From contig JBLDXI010000030.1 of NCBI GenBank assembly GCA_047495785.1, forward strand, positions 1,443,572-1,507,571: a stretch of 64,000 nt of DNA, written 5' to 3'. The notes under the pieces are model-generated. The model did not search any database and was not told where the DNA came from. It saw only the letters and a program-made list of their open reading frames with translations. The stretch comes from Lepidodermella squamata (Eukaryota > Animalia > Gastrotricha). The stretch's first letter is position 1. Each line of letters starts with the position of its first letter. Shown here one piece after another: positions 22,801 to 35,429 of this stretch. Made by a program: the position numbers and the translations under genes.

Positions 22801-25574
22801 GCGTTAAAAAAACGCTGAAAAAAATTGTTTCATTTTTGACGACGATCGACGTAAAGACGAGATTCGGCGTTCACCCATTTATTGCCTAGATTTTATGGCT
22901 TTTCCCTTTTCCCTTTCATTTTTCTGTTAACCGCAATTCGAAAATTGATGCGGTATTATTTTCCAAGAGAAAAAATGGTGATAATCCGAGCACACAGTTA
23001 GGTCGACATGCAAAAAATCCAGTCGAAAAATTAGTCTCGTTTTTCATTGTGAGTGAAGCATATTACGTAACACTACTGGCGGAGGAGTATTTTTTCATTG
23101 TGAAACCGAACCCCCTCCGAACCCCCTCCAGCTTCTCGCATGTTTAGTACTAGCGTGATTCACTCTGAGGGATTAGCGAGCTCAAAGCGACTTTTTTTCA
23201 CTGCATTCAAAACTCCAATTTCAAGCTTTCTACCCACATTTTGGAATTTTTTGGCAAAGTTTCGGAATTCTTGAATAAACTTCACTAACTACTACTATTG
23301 ATTATGCTCAATCACGCTGTCATGTTTTTTTCTTGAAAAAACCGCAAATTTCTAGACTTTTTCTACTTTGAAATTTCTTTTTTAAAAAGACATTTTGATG
23401 ATAATTTTGTGGTTATTCTTACTAGCAGACGACTAGGCAAAGTTAAAAGGCGTCATTTTTATCATATTTGAGATTTCTGGCTCCAAGGAAAGTGATAGTT
23501 TAAATTAATTTATTTTTTGTAGACTGTCTATTGCAATAAAGACAGAAAACTTACTTAGTCATCAACTTCGCGTCCGATAGTTGCAGGAATTCGTAGCGTA
23601 AAATAGGTAACTGATAACCTCACAAAACTATTAAAATATAGGTAGATGTGCTACCAATGAAAAAGCTTTCGATTTTATGAAACTTGTGGTCATAAGAGAC
23701 AAATAGAAATATAATGATGAATTATAGGAAAACCGCCGCACATCTTGCAACATTCATAGCTTTAGCGACGATTTCAAGGTTGCAGGGGTAGAAAAAATCG
23801 AAAATTAGCCAAGAGCAATTAAATACTTTAATTAAAAATACGAAAATTATAAGCATCCAAAATCGAAGAATTCATAACCCGCAATCACGAAATCGGACGT
23901 TTGTAAATAATCCGATTGCGCAACAATGGTCAGAAGCTAGTCGCAGTACGAGCAACTAATTCTGGAAAATCAAATTATTCTTTATCCTCAGTCCCTAGCA
24001 GGTAATAGAATAGCATGAGGAAGTTTCTTCGCTTTTAGACTGGCACATTTCGTCAGACACGAGACCCTTGCCTGTCGCTTTCTTTATTACGTTCAATTAT
24101 AGAAAAAGCCGCGTGACCTCAGCGCGCAGAAAAACCATCATCATTATCATCGCGCTGCACTTACATCGCTGCGGCCACTTTGCGTTAAATTTCTGGTGTT
24201 ATATGACTCGCCTTGCTTGATGGGTCGTTGTTTTCATTGAAATAATATTTCATCCTGAACTACTTAATGGCATTTTCTTGGCGTGATGAATTGCCAAAGG
24301 TAAAAAAATCAGAAAGTGTTGTAAAACTTCTAAAAATGTAATCAAATAGGCATAAGCCGCTCTTCGAAGTCCCATTCCCTTTCACTGAAAATTTTCATTT
24401 AAATTCGATCCAAAATTTAACTGCGTGCATAATGTTCAACCTTCAAGCGTATACGCCGAGAACTAGGCCGGACTGGGTATTTTCTGATTTTTTATTAAAT
24501 TTATTTTTTATCAGGGGATTTTTTCTCAATTTTTATTTCTCAATTTTTTTCGTGCGTCTTCTTCATTGTGCGAACTTGGAGTTGTTGCGCACTTATTTTC
24601 ACGTAACAATCCAATCGTCACAATTGTCTTACTGCCACATGCCACATGCCGTTCATCCTTCATTCGATTATTTATCTGATTTTAGAATTTTTCATTTTTC
24701 GCTTTTTGATCACGGCTCACGGCACTTACTGATGCAAGGTTGTTCATTCGCAGGCCAATGCGGCCGTTTAGTCACACCGTTAGTCCAGTTGTGTTACGGC
24801 AATGCTAACTAGCAATCAAAGCTGACCTCAGCTGTTTTCTCAAGGTAAATTTCTCAAATTTTGATCATCAGACGCGGAAATTATGTCCGTCTATCCGTTT
24901 CATATCAAACAGTAATAATGATTTCAGCCCCAAAGTTGGCGGAAACCATTTTATTTTGTAATGTATATTGCTTATGAGGAATTTTATTGTTTGCCATCTG
25001 GAATAAATCTATCTCAAATTACTTGCGTGCCTAGGCCCTAGAAAACTCCTACTGCATAAGAGCCAAATTTTTAACCTAGTACCCTGTTCCCAGCTATACT
25101 GTTACGGCGCCTTCATGGATGAAAAATTGAAATGTATTTTATTCGTATCATTGTTTAGATTGGATAGCAGCTGATCGACTGGTAGAGCTTCGACCGATGA
25201 GTGTGACGACACAGGCTTACTGGCTTCCGATATCGCTAGTCATTACTCGGTAATTTATCAGATTTTTTACTTATTTTTCGAGAAATTTCCCGAATTTTTC
25301 CAATTGCCTTGATCCTCGATGTTATTTAAACTTCAAAATTTCAAATAATTAAATTTTAAATGGGTCCTCCTTTTAGCGGAACCACATTTTAGAATTTTCT
25401 AGTGGCCTGAAAGCGCTTTTTGGATATTTCTTGCGGGTCAAGATTGGCCACAATAATTGTAGAAAAATCACCAGTAAATTAAACGCAACATTTTTTATAA
25501 AACAGAGTTTTCAATTCAGAATCCATCCTTCGCCTGAAATTCGTAGAATTATTCAAAAAATGTTTTTTGGTATA

Positions 25575-25790
25575 CAGGGTGGCCAAAAAATTCCGCTGAG
25601 CGGGAATTTTATGCGCACCATGTTAATGAGGAGTTTCAAGAAATTCCATTGGCAAAAGAATGCTTCTTAAAAATTTTCAACTGCTTAAAACTCCTCAATG
25701 AATTGATGCGCATCGAATTCCTTGACCCGAAAGAAATATCCAAATAAAAGCGATCCAAAAAGCGCTCTGCGGAATTTTTTGGCCACCCTG
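25575..25790. mobile_element. Tc1/mariner-type MITE, 216 bp
   Basis: TA|CAGGGTGGCCAAAAAATTCCGC ... GCGGAATTTTTTGGCCACCCTG|TA: 22-bp perfect TIR with TA TSD. Confidence 0.85.
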
Positions 25791-25798
25791 TATTTCGA

Positions 25799-25898
25799 CT
25801 TTGGTTCCGCAAAAAGCAAATTTGTTTCCGCTACAGCATTTTTGGTTCCGATAAAGCAAATTTGGTTCCGCTCACCGTAGCTTTGGTTCCGCTAAAAG
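25799..25898. repeat. Five ~20-bp tandem units (TTTGGTTCCGCT core), probably the subterminal array of an older element spanning about 25370-25898
   Basis: Repeated TTGGTTCCG core. CTTTTAGCGGAACCA at 25370 is the reverse complement of TGGTTCCGCTAAAAG ending at 25898. Confidence 0.6.
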
Positions 25899-28800
25899 AT
25901 ATTCCGATTTTAAATTAAATATTTTAAATTAAATATTTTTTTAATTTCTGATTTTATTTCAGCTGTCATTCCTGCATGCTATCGAATCAACGCCAAGCTA
26001 TGGAAGATTCGATTGAGGTGCGTGCGATCAAAAACCGAGCAATAATTTCCAGCCAGTGCTGAATTTCTTTATGGTCGCCATATACCCAAGATTTTCTAAT
26101 TCTTCTATAATTTGTGATTTTCTGTTACTTGATTCCATAATTATAGCCCTTATTGAAGATGTCACAGATCAGCACTGAGAGCTGCGGTTATACGGCTTTG
26201 AAGAATAATAAATTGGAACCCAGCTCTCAGCAAGATTTGAGGCTCCGACTCGTGAACTTGCCGCTCGAGACGCAAAAACTGCGTAATCCGTGAATCCAAA
26301 GCAAACATTGCTATGAACTGTGTTGCTGGAGCCTCAATTGTAACGTGACCCCCGAGTATCGGCAGAAAGTGCAAATCGATATCATACCTGAATAGGGCTC
26401 AAAATCGGCACTGGGATGTCCGACTTTCAAGGACTTGTTACGCCTAAATGCTAGAATTAACTTGCCCACTTGAATAGTTGCCCACACTGACTGTAATACG
26501 TCTGCAATACTGCAATACTGTAATACTGATTAGCGACGGCCAAAAATTACCCATTTTTTAGCCACTTTGAGCAGGTCTGAATTTGATGAGACACGCTCTA
26601 GTGAATAGGAATTTTGCACTGTAATCGATCACACTATCTACGTGAAACATTACTGTTTTCAAAACGACTGCGACGTTTACTCTTCGTTTAAATTACTTCT
26701 GATAACAGTTTTGAAATTGTACCAGTTTTCGAAGAACAATTCAGCGATAACCTGTGAGTAGGTGATGTTGAAATTTACGTTACGCGTGAGTGGTTTAATC
26801 ATGTATGAATTTTTTACGTCCTCATCGGCATTTTATTCGGCCTGTCACCCTTTTCCTACAAGATTGTACTTATGTCTCATTGTGGAGAAAATAATGCACA
26901 ATTCCTATTTATTTTGTAAACGTTGAATTCGGAAAGTGCGATAATAATTAAACGTTAACTTTTTCTGGTTCCTCTATCAGTCAAATTGGTCAACAGATCT
27001 CTGAGAAGTTCAAACTTATGTTGTGTTTACGAAAATTATGCCTCGTGATTCCCAACTATGGCTATAATTTTTCGCGCGTTGAAAAAATGTAAAAAAATAT
27101 AGGTAGAAAAATATTACACCTATCGTCTGTCTCGACAAATTTTGTACACATTTTTCAATGTTTCAAAGAATTCTTGTTTATATTCTGTTTTTTCCTTATT
27201 CTGATACACGTAGAAAAAATCATCGCCGGCCGTAAACATTATCTCAATTGATTTCAATTCGCTTTCATTCCGCCAAAAGTTTCCTCGATTGATTTTATTA
27301 ATTTCCCATTAAATAATGTGGCTGATAATCAAATCAGATATTTCATCGGTCTAATGCCTCTAATGCCTATTTATTGCTCTTTCCCGCTTCTTTTCTCTAA
27401 GTGTTGAGACCCAATTTTGGCGTCACTATGCTCGATTTTGAGGAAACTTTCACTTCAGAAATCTCGTTGTAAGTTGTCGAATGACTCAAAGCTTACTGAA
27501 TATTAATATCTCGTGGGAATTATGCGGTTTCAAAATAATCATTTTATCATTCCTTGCTTATCATTCCTTGCAATATTTTGCTTCTATCTTCAATTGCCTT
27601 TTTATTTTCACCGCGATGGCAGGCCGAAATAAAATGAAATTGCTGATTTATCAGTGGCGTAATTTTGTTCGAACCGGTGCTATTGAGGTAACCGTATCCG
27701 CGGATGCAGCAGGTACTAACAGGCTCCAAATCACCTCAAAACACCTTGAAATTGAAGAATCAGCCAAGAATTGCGGAGAATCGCGGAGAAAACTTCCATT
27801 CTTACACTACAGCCACAAAATGTTCTGATGACTAAATGATGATTCATCGTTAATCCAAAGGAAAAACCGGCTGCGCTATGAAATAAATAACGTGACCGGA
27901 AGCAAGTGAAAAGGGGGCTAAGGAATGTTCTGTTTTTTCAGCAAATGGCAAAGAGTGTGATGACTTGAAGAAGGGTGATCCTTGGATTCCAAGATGTTCT
28001 TGCTCAGGTTTTCTTGATGACTTTAAATTTTCGAATTTCAGACCTCTAGAATGCTCCCATCCTCCTTAAAACATGGAAAACCCCAGCGTTGCCCCGAAAA
28101 GTGTTATTGATTCAGCTTGCCGTAGAGACACTAGGTCCCAACAAAAATCTTTAGCGAGATTCCTCCAACATTTCGACTGTGCTTAAGTAAGTAACTTAAG
28201 AATTTATTGCGTTGGGGATTTTTTAATGATACAACGAAATAGGAAAGAAATTGGAAACGCAGGGGATTCCATAGTGAATTTATTCGAGCTGTTATTGCAA
28301 AAAGCGCGGCATGCGACCACTTTTTATGCCACCCGTCATAATTTTAATTAATTTCAAAAAATAAAACAACAACAGGTACCTCTTTCAAAAATGTTGAATC
28401 TCTGCTCACAAATACTAAAAGCGGCCCTCTACCAGGCACACTTTTGGTGTTCCCTTATGGATAATTTTCTAAAATTCGCAAACATAGCTATAATTGGGGA
28501 TTTTGGGCAAAATTGCCATTCTTCTGCCGCGGTTGGCTCTTCCAGGATTTTTTTTATTTGAAAAAATCAGTTTATCCATGTTGAGAATTTTCTCTATCCG
28601 ACGATTTAAAAATTGTCGTTTAATTAATTTATTTCGATTTTCCGATTATTTTTGGCCTCGCTAATGGACTTCGAATTCTCTCACGGCGTTGGTCCGTTCA
28701 GAGAAATTCTTGAAAATAATAATTTCTGGCGCCAAAAATTCATTTGAAATTCATGTGAAAAATTCATAGATGAGTCATTTTTTGTCAAGCTTTGTACAAG

Positions 28801-29259
28801 TTTTAGCTGTGTTGTTTTGGCTTATTTTGCTTGCAAACAATTAAATTTCGCTCCTTTAGCTGTTCCGATTAAAATAGGCAAAACCACATTGGGAAAATTT
28901 CAGGGTTTACCTCAAATTTCACCGATGGTAATAATATCAAACGATCGAAAATTAAGCATATGCTAATCGGTTTGTCTGAAACTAGGTCAAAATTATTGGT
29001 AATCAGTCAAATAAATAATAAAATAAAAATAATGACCCCTGTGCATTCTATTCCCCCTCTGCGGCTTTTATGACCATTACCCTTTATTTTAAGGTGACAC
29101 ATAATAATAAAAACCGGACAGCAACATTGACGTACTCTTCTTCGAAGTATCAAAAAATCGAAAAATAACTTTTTTTACAGGTTTTATTTTCAAGTAAGTT
29201 CTCATAAGAAGAGAATAATTTGCAAAGAAATTAGGTCAATAGTTCACGGTTGGCTGAAT

Positions 29260-31287
29260 TCAGCGCTTTCTGAATACCACCGCAATCGTAGCCATTGTAC
29301 CAGCGAACTTTTTCGGCTCAGCAGCTACAACGCGTCGATGTTCGGCCAGCAACTTGCCGATAACCGCCGATTTTTCCGCCTCACTGCGCTTCTCATCCAA
29401 CCCGTCACGGATGAACGGTTCGACAACCGCCGCGACAAAATCGACAAATTCACGCGCGAAAACTTCAGAATCGCCATGTTCAAGGTACCGTTGATACACC
29501 CAATAGTACTCTTCCGGCATGTTTTCCGCGACCAAAAGTTCAAGGCCCAATTTTTCGTACAAATCGCACCGATCTGCAATGTCCTCGAGACTTCGCCGCA
29601 TGACTGGAACTTGAAATTTCAGCGATTCTTGCCTCGAAATAACGCCTTGATGTACCAATCTTTCAACTGCTGTTTTGACGCCGCCGGCGAAAGCTTGGTC
29701 ATTCGAGCCTTTCGACATGACATTAGCGACCAGAATTCCGCCCTTGACCAGTTCCTTCGAACGAGCTGTTATGAAGGTTTCCCAGTCTTTAGCCGCTTGT
29801 TGCTTGTAGATGTGGTAGATTTTCGTGTCTTCATTAACGTGCCATGGTGATATCATGACTTCGTCGAAGCTTTCCATCGGTAGTTTCGATAGCCAATGCA
29901 AAGCGCTGCTTGAAAAGGCGAATTGAAGGCTGTTGTTGGGCAGAATTTGCTCGTAAAAGCTAAGACCGGCGGCTACGGCAAAAACTCCTGGAAACAAATG
30001 CACAATTTGTCATCAATTTTTCATGAATAGTGGTATAAATTAAATTCCATTCAATTTAAAAAATTAATTGCCAAATCAGAAAATTAATCAAATCAAATAA
30101 ATTATTCAGATGAATTTTCGAGAATTAAGAAATGAGACGATACATTTCGCTTGAAATTCGAGCTAATAGAATAATTTTCCGTTTAGATTGAAATAAATTG
30201 AATTTAAAATTTAAAAATCTTCGATACTTCAAAATTTCTCTGAAGGAATTTTGGTTGGGGTGAATTAGAATTTTCAACAATTTCAACAATTTCAAAATTA
30301 AATTTATTTATTAAATTTCATTAGCTAAATTAGCTAATCAAATTAGTGAATCAAATCTGGAGTCAAGTTGAATGTTTTTGAATTTTAATAAATTTCAATT
30401 AAAAATTCAAAAGCCTATTATTCCTATTATGAAAAAATCAGAAAATCAGAAAAAGTAAATTAGCTGAATTGTTTTGAAAAAAATCTGTTTTTTAGATCAT
30501 TTCAAAATTGCCAGAATTGCGAGGCCAGAATTTCAAATTTTGAAACTTTGAAATTGAAGATTTCTCCATTAAAGTTGTAGAATTTACCTGAAACTGGTTA
30601 GAAAATTAAGGCATTATTTCACCGCAACGCAAAATCGGTACCGCTTTTGTTCACAGTTTCGAATTCAATTTTCACGGAATTCCTATCAATTTTCAATATT
30701 TTGAAATTATTCAGGTAAAATTTAAACCGACAGAAATACCTTTCAGCAGAATAAAATATTCTTGAAATAATTTCAAAATAATAATTTTAAAGTTGTTTCA
30801 AATATTGGCAATACTGTCTAAAGATCACGTCTACTTCGCAATAATTTATTTGGAATTTTATAGATTTTGAAAATTTTGAAACATAATTTAAAATTTTATT
30901 GAAAATTTGAAAATAACACGTCAATACCCAGGAAATACCTTTATGCTGTCGAATGTAGGAACTTTCCTCAGACTGCAGGTAGGTGAACAGCACTTGCCAT
31001 TTATTGCGAGGCACATCTTCATGAACGGCCAAAATTTGTCCGGTCTTCTCATCGCCGTACTTGGCCCTCAGACCGGTGACAATCATCGACATGGCCTCGG
31101 AACTGTTAGCACCAGTGCTTGACCCGAAATCGGCGATGATGAACGGCTGGTTGGCTGTAATATCGGCCGAGTGGTGCTTCAAGCCGGTTTCGATGTACGG
31201 CTTCGTAAGGCGGACGGTTTGCAGTTGAACTTTCGAATGCGAGTTGTAGTCTTCACGCATGGCTGAAGCTGCGAATGGCGGACTCAT
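29260..31287 (-). CDS. SABATH (Methyltransf_7) SAM-dependent methyltransferase, join(30939..31287,29260..29987)
   Basis: IADFGSSTGANS, HEDVPRNKW, SFYEQILPNNSLQFAFSSSALHWLSKLP, DWETFITARSKELVKGG. A 951-bp phase-1 GT-AG intron lies at 29988-30938. Confidence 0.9.
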
Positions 31288-32636
31288 TTCGGAGATTTGA
31301 AAAATCGTGTGTGTGAAAAAATGGGAGGCGAAATCTGAAATGAAATGTACGAGCGACCTCAATTACTGCTGTGATTACTAAAAGTGATCTTGATTGCGCG
31401 ATTGCTCGCATAATTTGCCCTTAATTTGACACGCAACAAGTGAGGCAATAATTCGACAACATTTGACCTAATTGTTAATATTGTCTAATAGCAACCAAGT
31501 TGTCGCAAGTCTGAATCACGGACAACAAGTCTGAAACACGATGCATCTTTTACAAGTTTTCGCTGTTTTGTCGCATTCGCTGTTCTGCGCAGTTGCTGTT
31601 TTGTCGCCGTACCAAAAACAACATTTTTAAGACTGACGAAATAAAATTCGGGAAAAATAGAGCGAAACAGTTCAGGAATGAAAATTAAAAATGAGAAAAT
31701 TACCTAAAAAATCCTGCCTAAAAAAAACGGTTTTAGCAACGGTATCCAGGGTGCGATCTTTGATCCGCGGATGGAAAAAACATTTTTGCTGTATTGCCAA
31801 AATGGCTTGTAACCATTTCAGCTGGAACCGAGCGAAGCGAGAAAATTGTGGAGTTTTTACACTCAAACAAGCCTCAGAAACCTCTAAAAATTATCAAAAC
31901 AGCGGGATAAAATTTAATGTTAGAAGTAGAAGAAGTAGAAGAAGAGGTTTATTACACTTCGATAAAATATGATTCGTAACAAGCTCTTCTGTCGATTTTT
32001 TTCTCTCTTTCTCTTGCTCGGTATTACATAGTATTTTGGTCATTAAATTGGTCGAATTTTGCTCGAAAATCCAAGCAATCAACAACTTTATGACTATCGA
32101 TTGCTGAACCTCAAAATTCGAGACGAAATAATTATGCATTTACTTCAATCATTATGCACGTAATTCAATCAGTATTAATTGCATTTGAAAGCTTACTTCT
32201 GAGTCATCTGCTGAAACGATAGGACTATGTCACTTGTCACTTGACCAATTTGAGTTTAATAACCGAGGAAATTTGTGTTATAGATCAGTCAATAATTTTC
32301 TGCCCAACACCTGATCAATAAGTCCACTATATGTGCGGGTGATTTCGCAGGTGAAACATGACTAATTTAGATTCCGACACATGTGCGAAGATATGCTTGC
32401 AGCCGTCCTGTTATTCTAACTCTGGATGACGCGAAAGACCCTTGAAAGCGGGGGCTCGTGTACTGAATAGCAGAATATTACCTAGAACGATCAATAGCGA
32501 TGTTTTTGCGCTTGTTGCCAGAAATGTGCCTAGTATTTGGAATAAGCTTCTGTCTAAACCAGTACAGCAACGAAAGTCAATAAAAATTGCTTATATAATA
32601 TGCTGAAACTTTCCGAGTAAGGGACTTCAAAGAAAT

Positions 32637-34090
32637 ATGGCGTACAAAGCTGTAGCGGAAGTTATTACCCTCGTCATAGCTATAGTTGTTAATTCCTTCG
32701 CGATGGAAGGCGTTGTCAAGGGCGAAATTCGCAGGCGGAACTACAGGCTGTTCCTAGCGAGCCTTCTGGCCTCGGGGATTTACATCTGCGCCATGAGAAC
32801 AGTTTCCTTGGTTAGATCGGCATCGTTCTGGCTCCTCGACGTCGAGGCCAAGGCGAACATATGTGCCCATAGACTGGAGCATAGCCTCGAAATGGCTGGT
32901 TATCTATCTTTCCTGTTCAATCTCTGCGGAATGTTTACAGACCATTTCATAGCAATCGTGAGTAATTCTTTGAAGCTCTTTACATATCGAAATTCCTTTC
33001 CACTTCCAACCAGGTACATCCACATGCCTATAAAATAGCAACACATAGCTTCATTGTCAAAAAGGCTCCACTTCTCGTTGCGATTGGAATTGTTCTAATA
33101 AGTAATACGACTCAATATTTCTCGACCACACCTGTGATTATCTATTTCCGAACAGCTATAATCGGTCATGTGCTATTCGAGGTGATACTGCCAATCGCGA
33201 ATATGGCATCGCAGTTGCCACAGCCTCGGCAGACACTGATAGCTGTTGAGTATACGAATTGCGACCTGACGATATTGCAGATGGCCAAGGAACCAAATTC
33301 TTTCGTGAACACTTTCAATCACGGTTTATTTTTCATCAATCTCAACAACGCGTCGTCTTTCAATTCCTATTTGAACGCATTGCCAGACCTGCCAGAATCA
33401 TGCCACTTGAATACCTCGATTGATTCCTTGCTTGATATATACCTCAGTGCCTTTCTGGCCGCGGATGATCAAACTACGTTAGTTTCCAGCAACTGGAACT
33501 GGTGCTCCAATTTCTCTTACAGTTTATACGAAAACTCGTTCGAGTTTATGGTTATTATCGTCTCGGTTCTAGCTATGACTTTTATAATCATCTGCAACTT
33601 GAGCTTTCGGCGGGTTATCGGCCGGTCGATAGGACGCACCAGGGCGAAATTAACGAAATTGAGCAAGACAACGGTGATAATGCTGCTAGCATTTACTTTA
33701 TGCTGGATGCCATTTGTCATTCACGAAATCGTAATGACTTATCTAGTCAAAACTTCGGATGGCTCGAGGCGACTTGATGAGTATTGCATTATTGCACACA
33801 ATATCCTATACGCCTGTTTCTTGTCAACGCCAATCGTAATTCCGGTCATTTATGTCACGAGAATTGGCGGAGTTTCGCGCTTTCTGTCGACAAAGTATCC
33901 TTGCCTTAGGTTTGGGCTGTTAACTAGCGTATCTTCCGAATGTCTTCCTCCACCGAAACATGAATTGGTAAAATTAAGCGTCTCTTTTAACCCACCTCGC
34001 CAGAGGGACGACACTATGCAGCTGCGTAGTGTAGCTTCCTGTAGTTACATCCCAGCTACAAAAACCGCTCATTTCACTGGCGATGCCTGA
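32637..34090 (+). CDS. Class A (rhodopsin-like) orphan GPCR, two short introns
   Basis: TM3 end FTDHFIAI (DRY variant), TM6 FTLCWMPF, TM7 TPIVIPVIY (NPxxY variant). GT-AG introns lie near 32958-33012 and 33102-33155. Confidence 0.8.
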
Positions 34091-34942
34091 AATCACGTTA
34101 CTGGACTGTCTAGAAGTTTTTCTGGTTTCATTTGTTCATGGATGGCAACGGATCCTTCCGTGATTTACAATGAATTTGCCTTTGCAAATTTCATATCAGC
34201 TTAAGATGCTGAATAAAAGCTTCGAATAAAAATCATAATTTGCGAATTTATAAATTCTGAATTGCATCATAAAATCATTTTATTATAAAGCTGTTTTTAG
34301 TGGACATTTTATTAGAAAATTGGATTCACAGTACATTTCTATGTGGATGAATCATCGATGCTTCAATATTGGTAATGAGATCACGCGATGTTCGCAAATT
34401 GGATTCCGTCTGCCGAGTTAATTATGTTTCGTTCGATATCGATATCGTTCGCTCTGTAAAATTATTCAGAAATACGAATAAACACTGTCTACTTCGGTAT
34501 TGATTCTTCACTTGTACCGTGACAGAGGCGAGGATTAGCAGCTGAAAGGCGGGCCAAGGGCTTTGGATCAGTGGCAATGGATCTCAAGCTATCTAGAATG
34601 ATGATGATTTCGGCTGTTCGAAAACTGTTAAATGAGTCTAATGTAACTTTCATTTCAGTTGAACCCGTGATGGCTATGAGTTGAAGCCAACTCTTGAAGT
34701 TAATAGAAATAAAAAAATCAGACTTTGCGAATATCCCAGTTGAAGATTTGAAAATGTCCAATCTTCAAATCGGGCTTCGGGGGCTTTTCATGCTCTGTTC
34801 CATTGCAATCGGCGAAATTTGGTTAGTCCAACGCGACTTTCATCAATGAATTGATTTGCAGAGACTGAGCAAGCGGCAGATTGACCATTGATAGCGCTCG
34901 ATTTCATCACGTCCATTTTATCAGATTCAGATGTGAATCGAG

Positions 34943-35020
34943 CAGTGGTTCTCAAACCCCGGCACGCGTGCCAACCGTGGCACTCCAGGAAAACCGATCG
35001 GCATCGGAGCCAAAAGTGCC
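34943..35020 (+). mobile_element. Possible solo 5' end of a hAT/Charlie-like element
   Basis: CAGTGGTTCTCAAAC followed by GGCACGCGTGCC resembles hAT termini. No matching 3' TIR was seen. Confidence 0.3.
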
Positions 35021-35429
35021 ACGCCGAGGGTTTTGTCTGCGTGAGCTGAATGGTTTTAAGCAGGGTGCAATCTTGGATCCCTGTCGAAACGAAACTGTCA
35101 GCCGAGCGGAACAAGTGGCAGCGGCAAGTAGGTCAAAAAAAATGTTAAAATAAAGGTAAATTCGAAATATATTAAGTGTTATCAAATTAAGGTAAGGTAG
35201 GGTTCAGGGATGAGGATCGATTGTTGGTTCAAGTGTCCAACCTCAATTTTACTCAGAATTCCAAGCTCCACTCGATGGTAACAATTCGTCGCAGATATCT
35301 GAAAAATTGATTTTCCATCGAGAACTTGTAACGAATCGCTTCGCACACAAACGCTTCACAGGAAATTTGACGTGGCTTGTAACTTGGTAGATGCGAAGAA
35401 TAAAAGAATCGCATTTTTGTAAAAACATC

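Noticed and set aside
27820-28020. TGATGA motifs as possible C/D snoRNA boxes
   Set aside because: No properly placed terminal CTGA box or closing stem identified.
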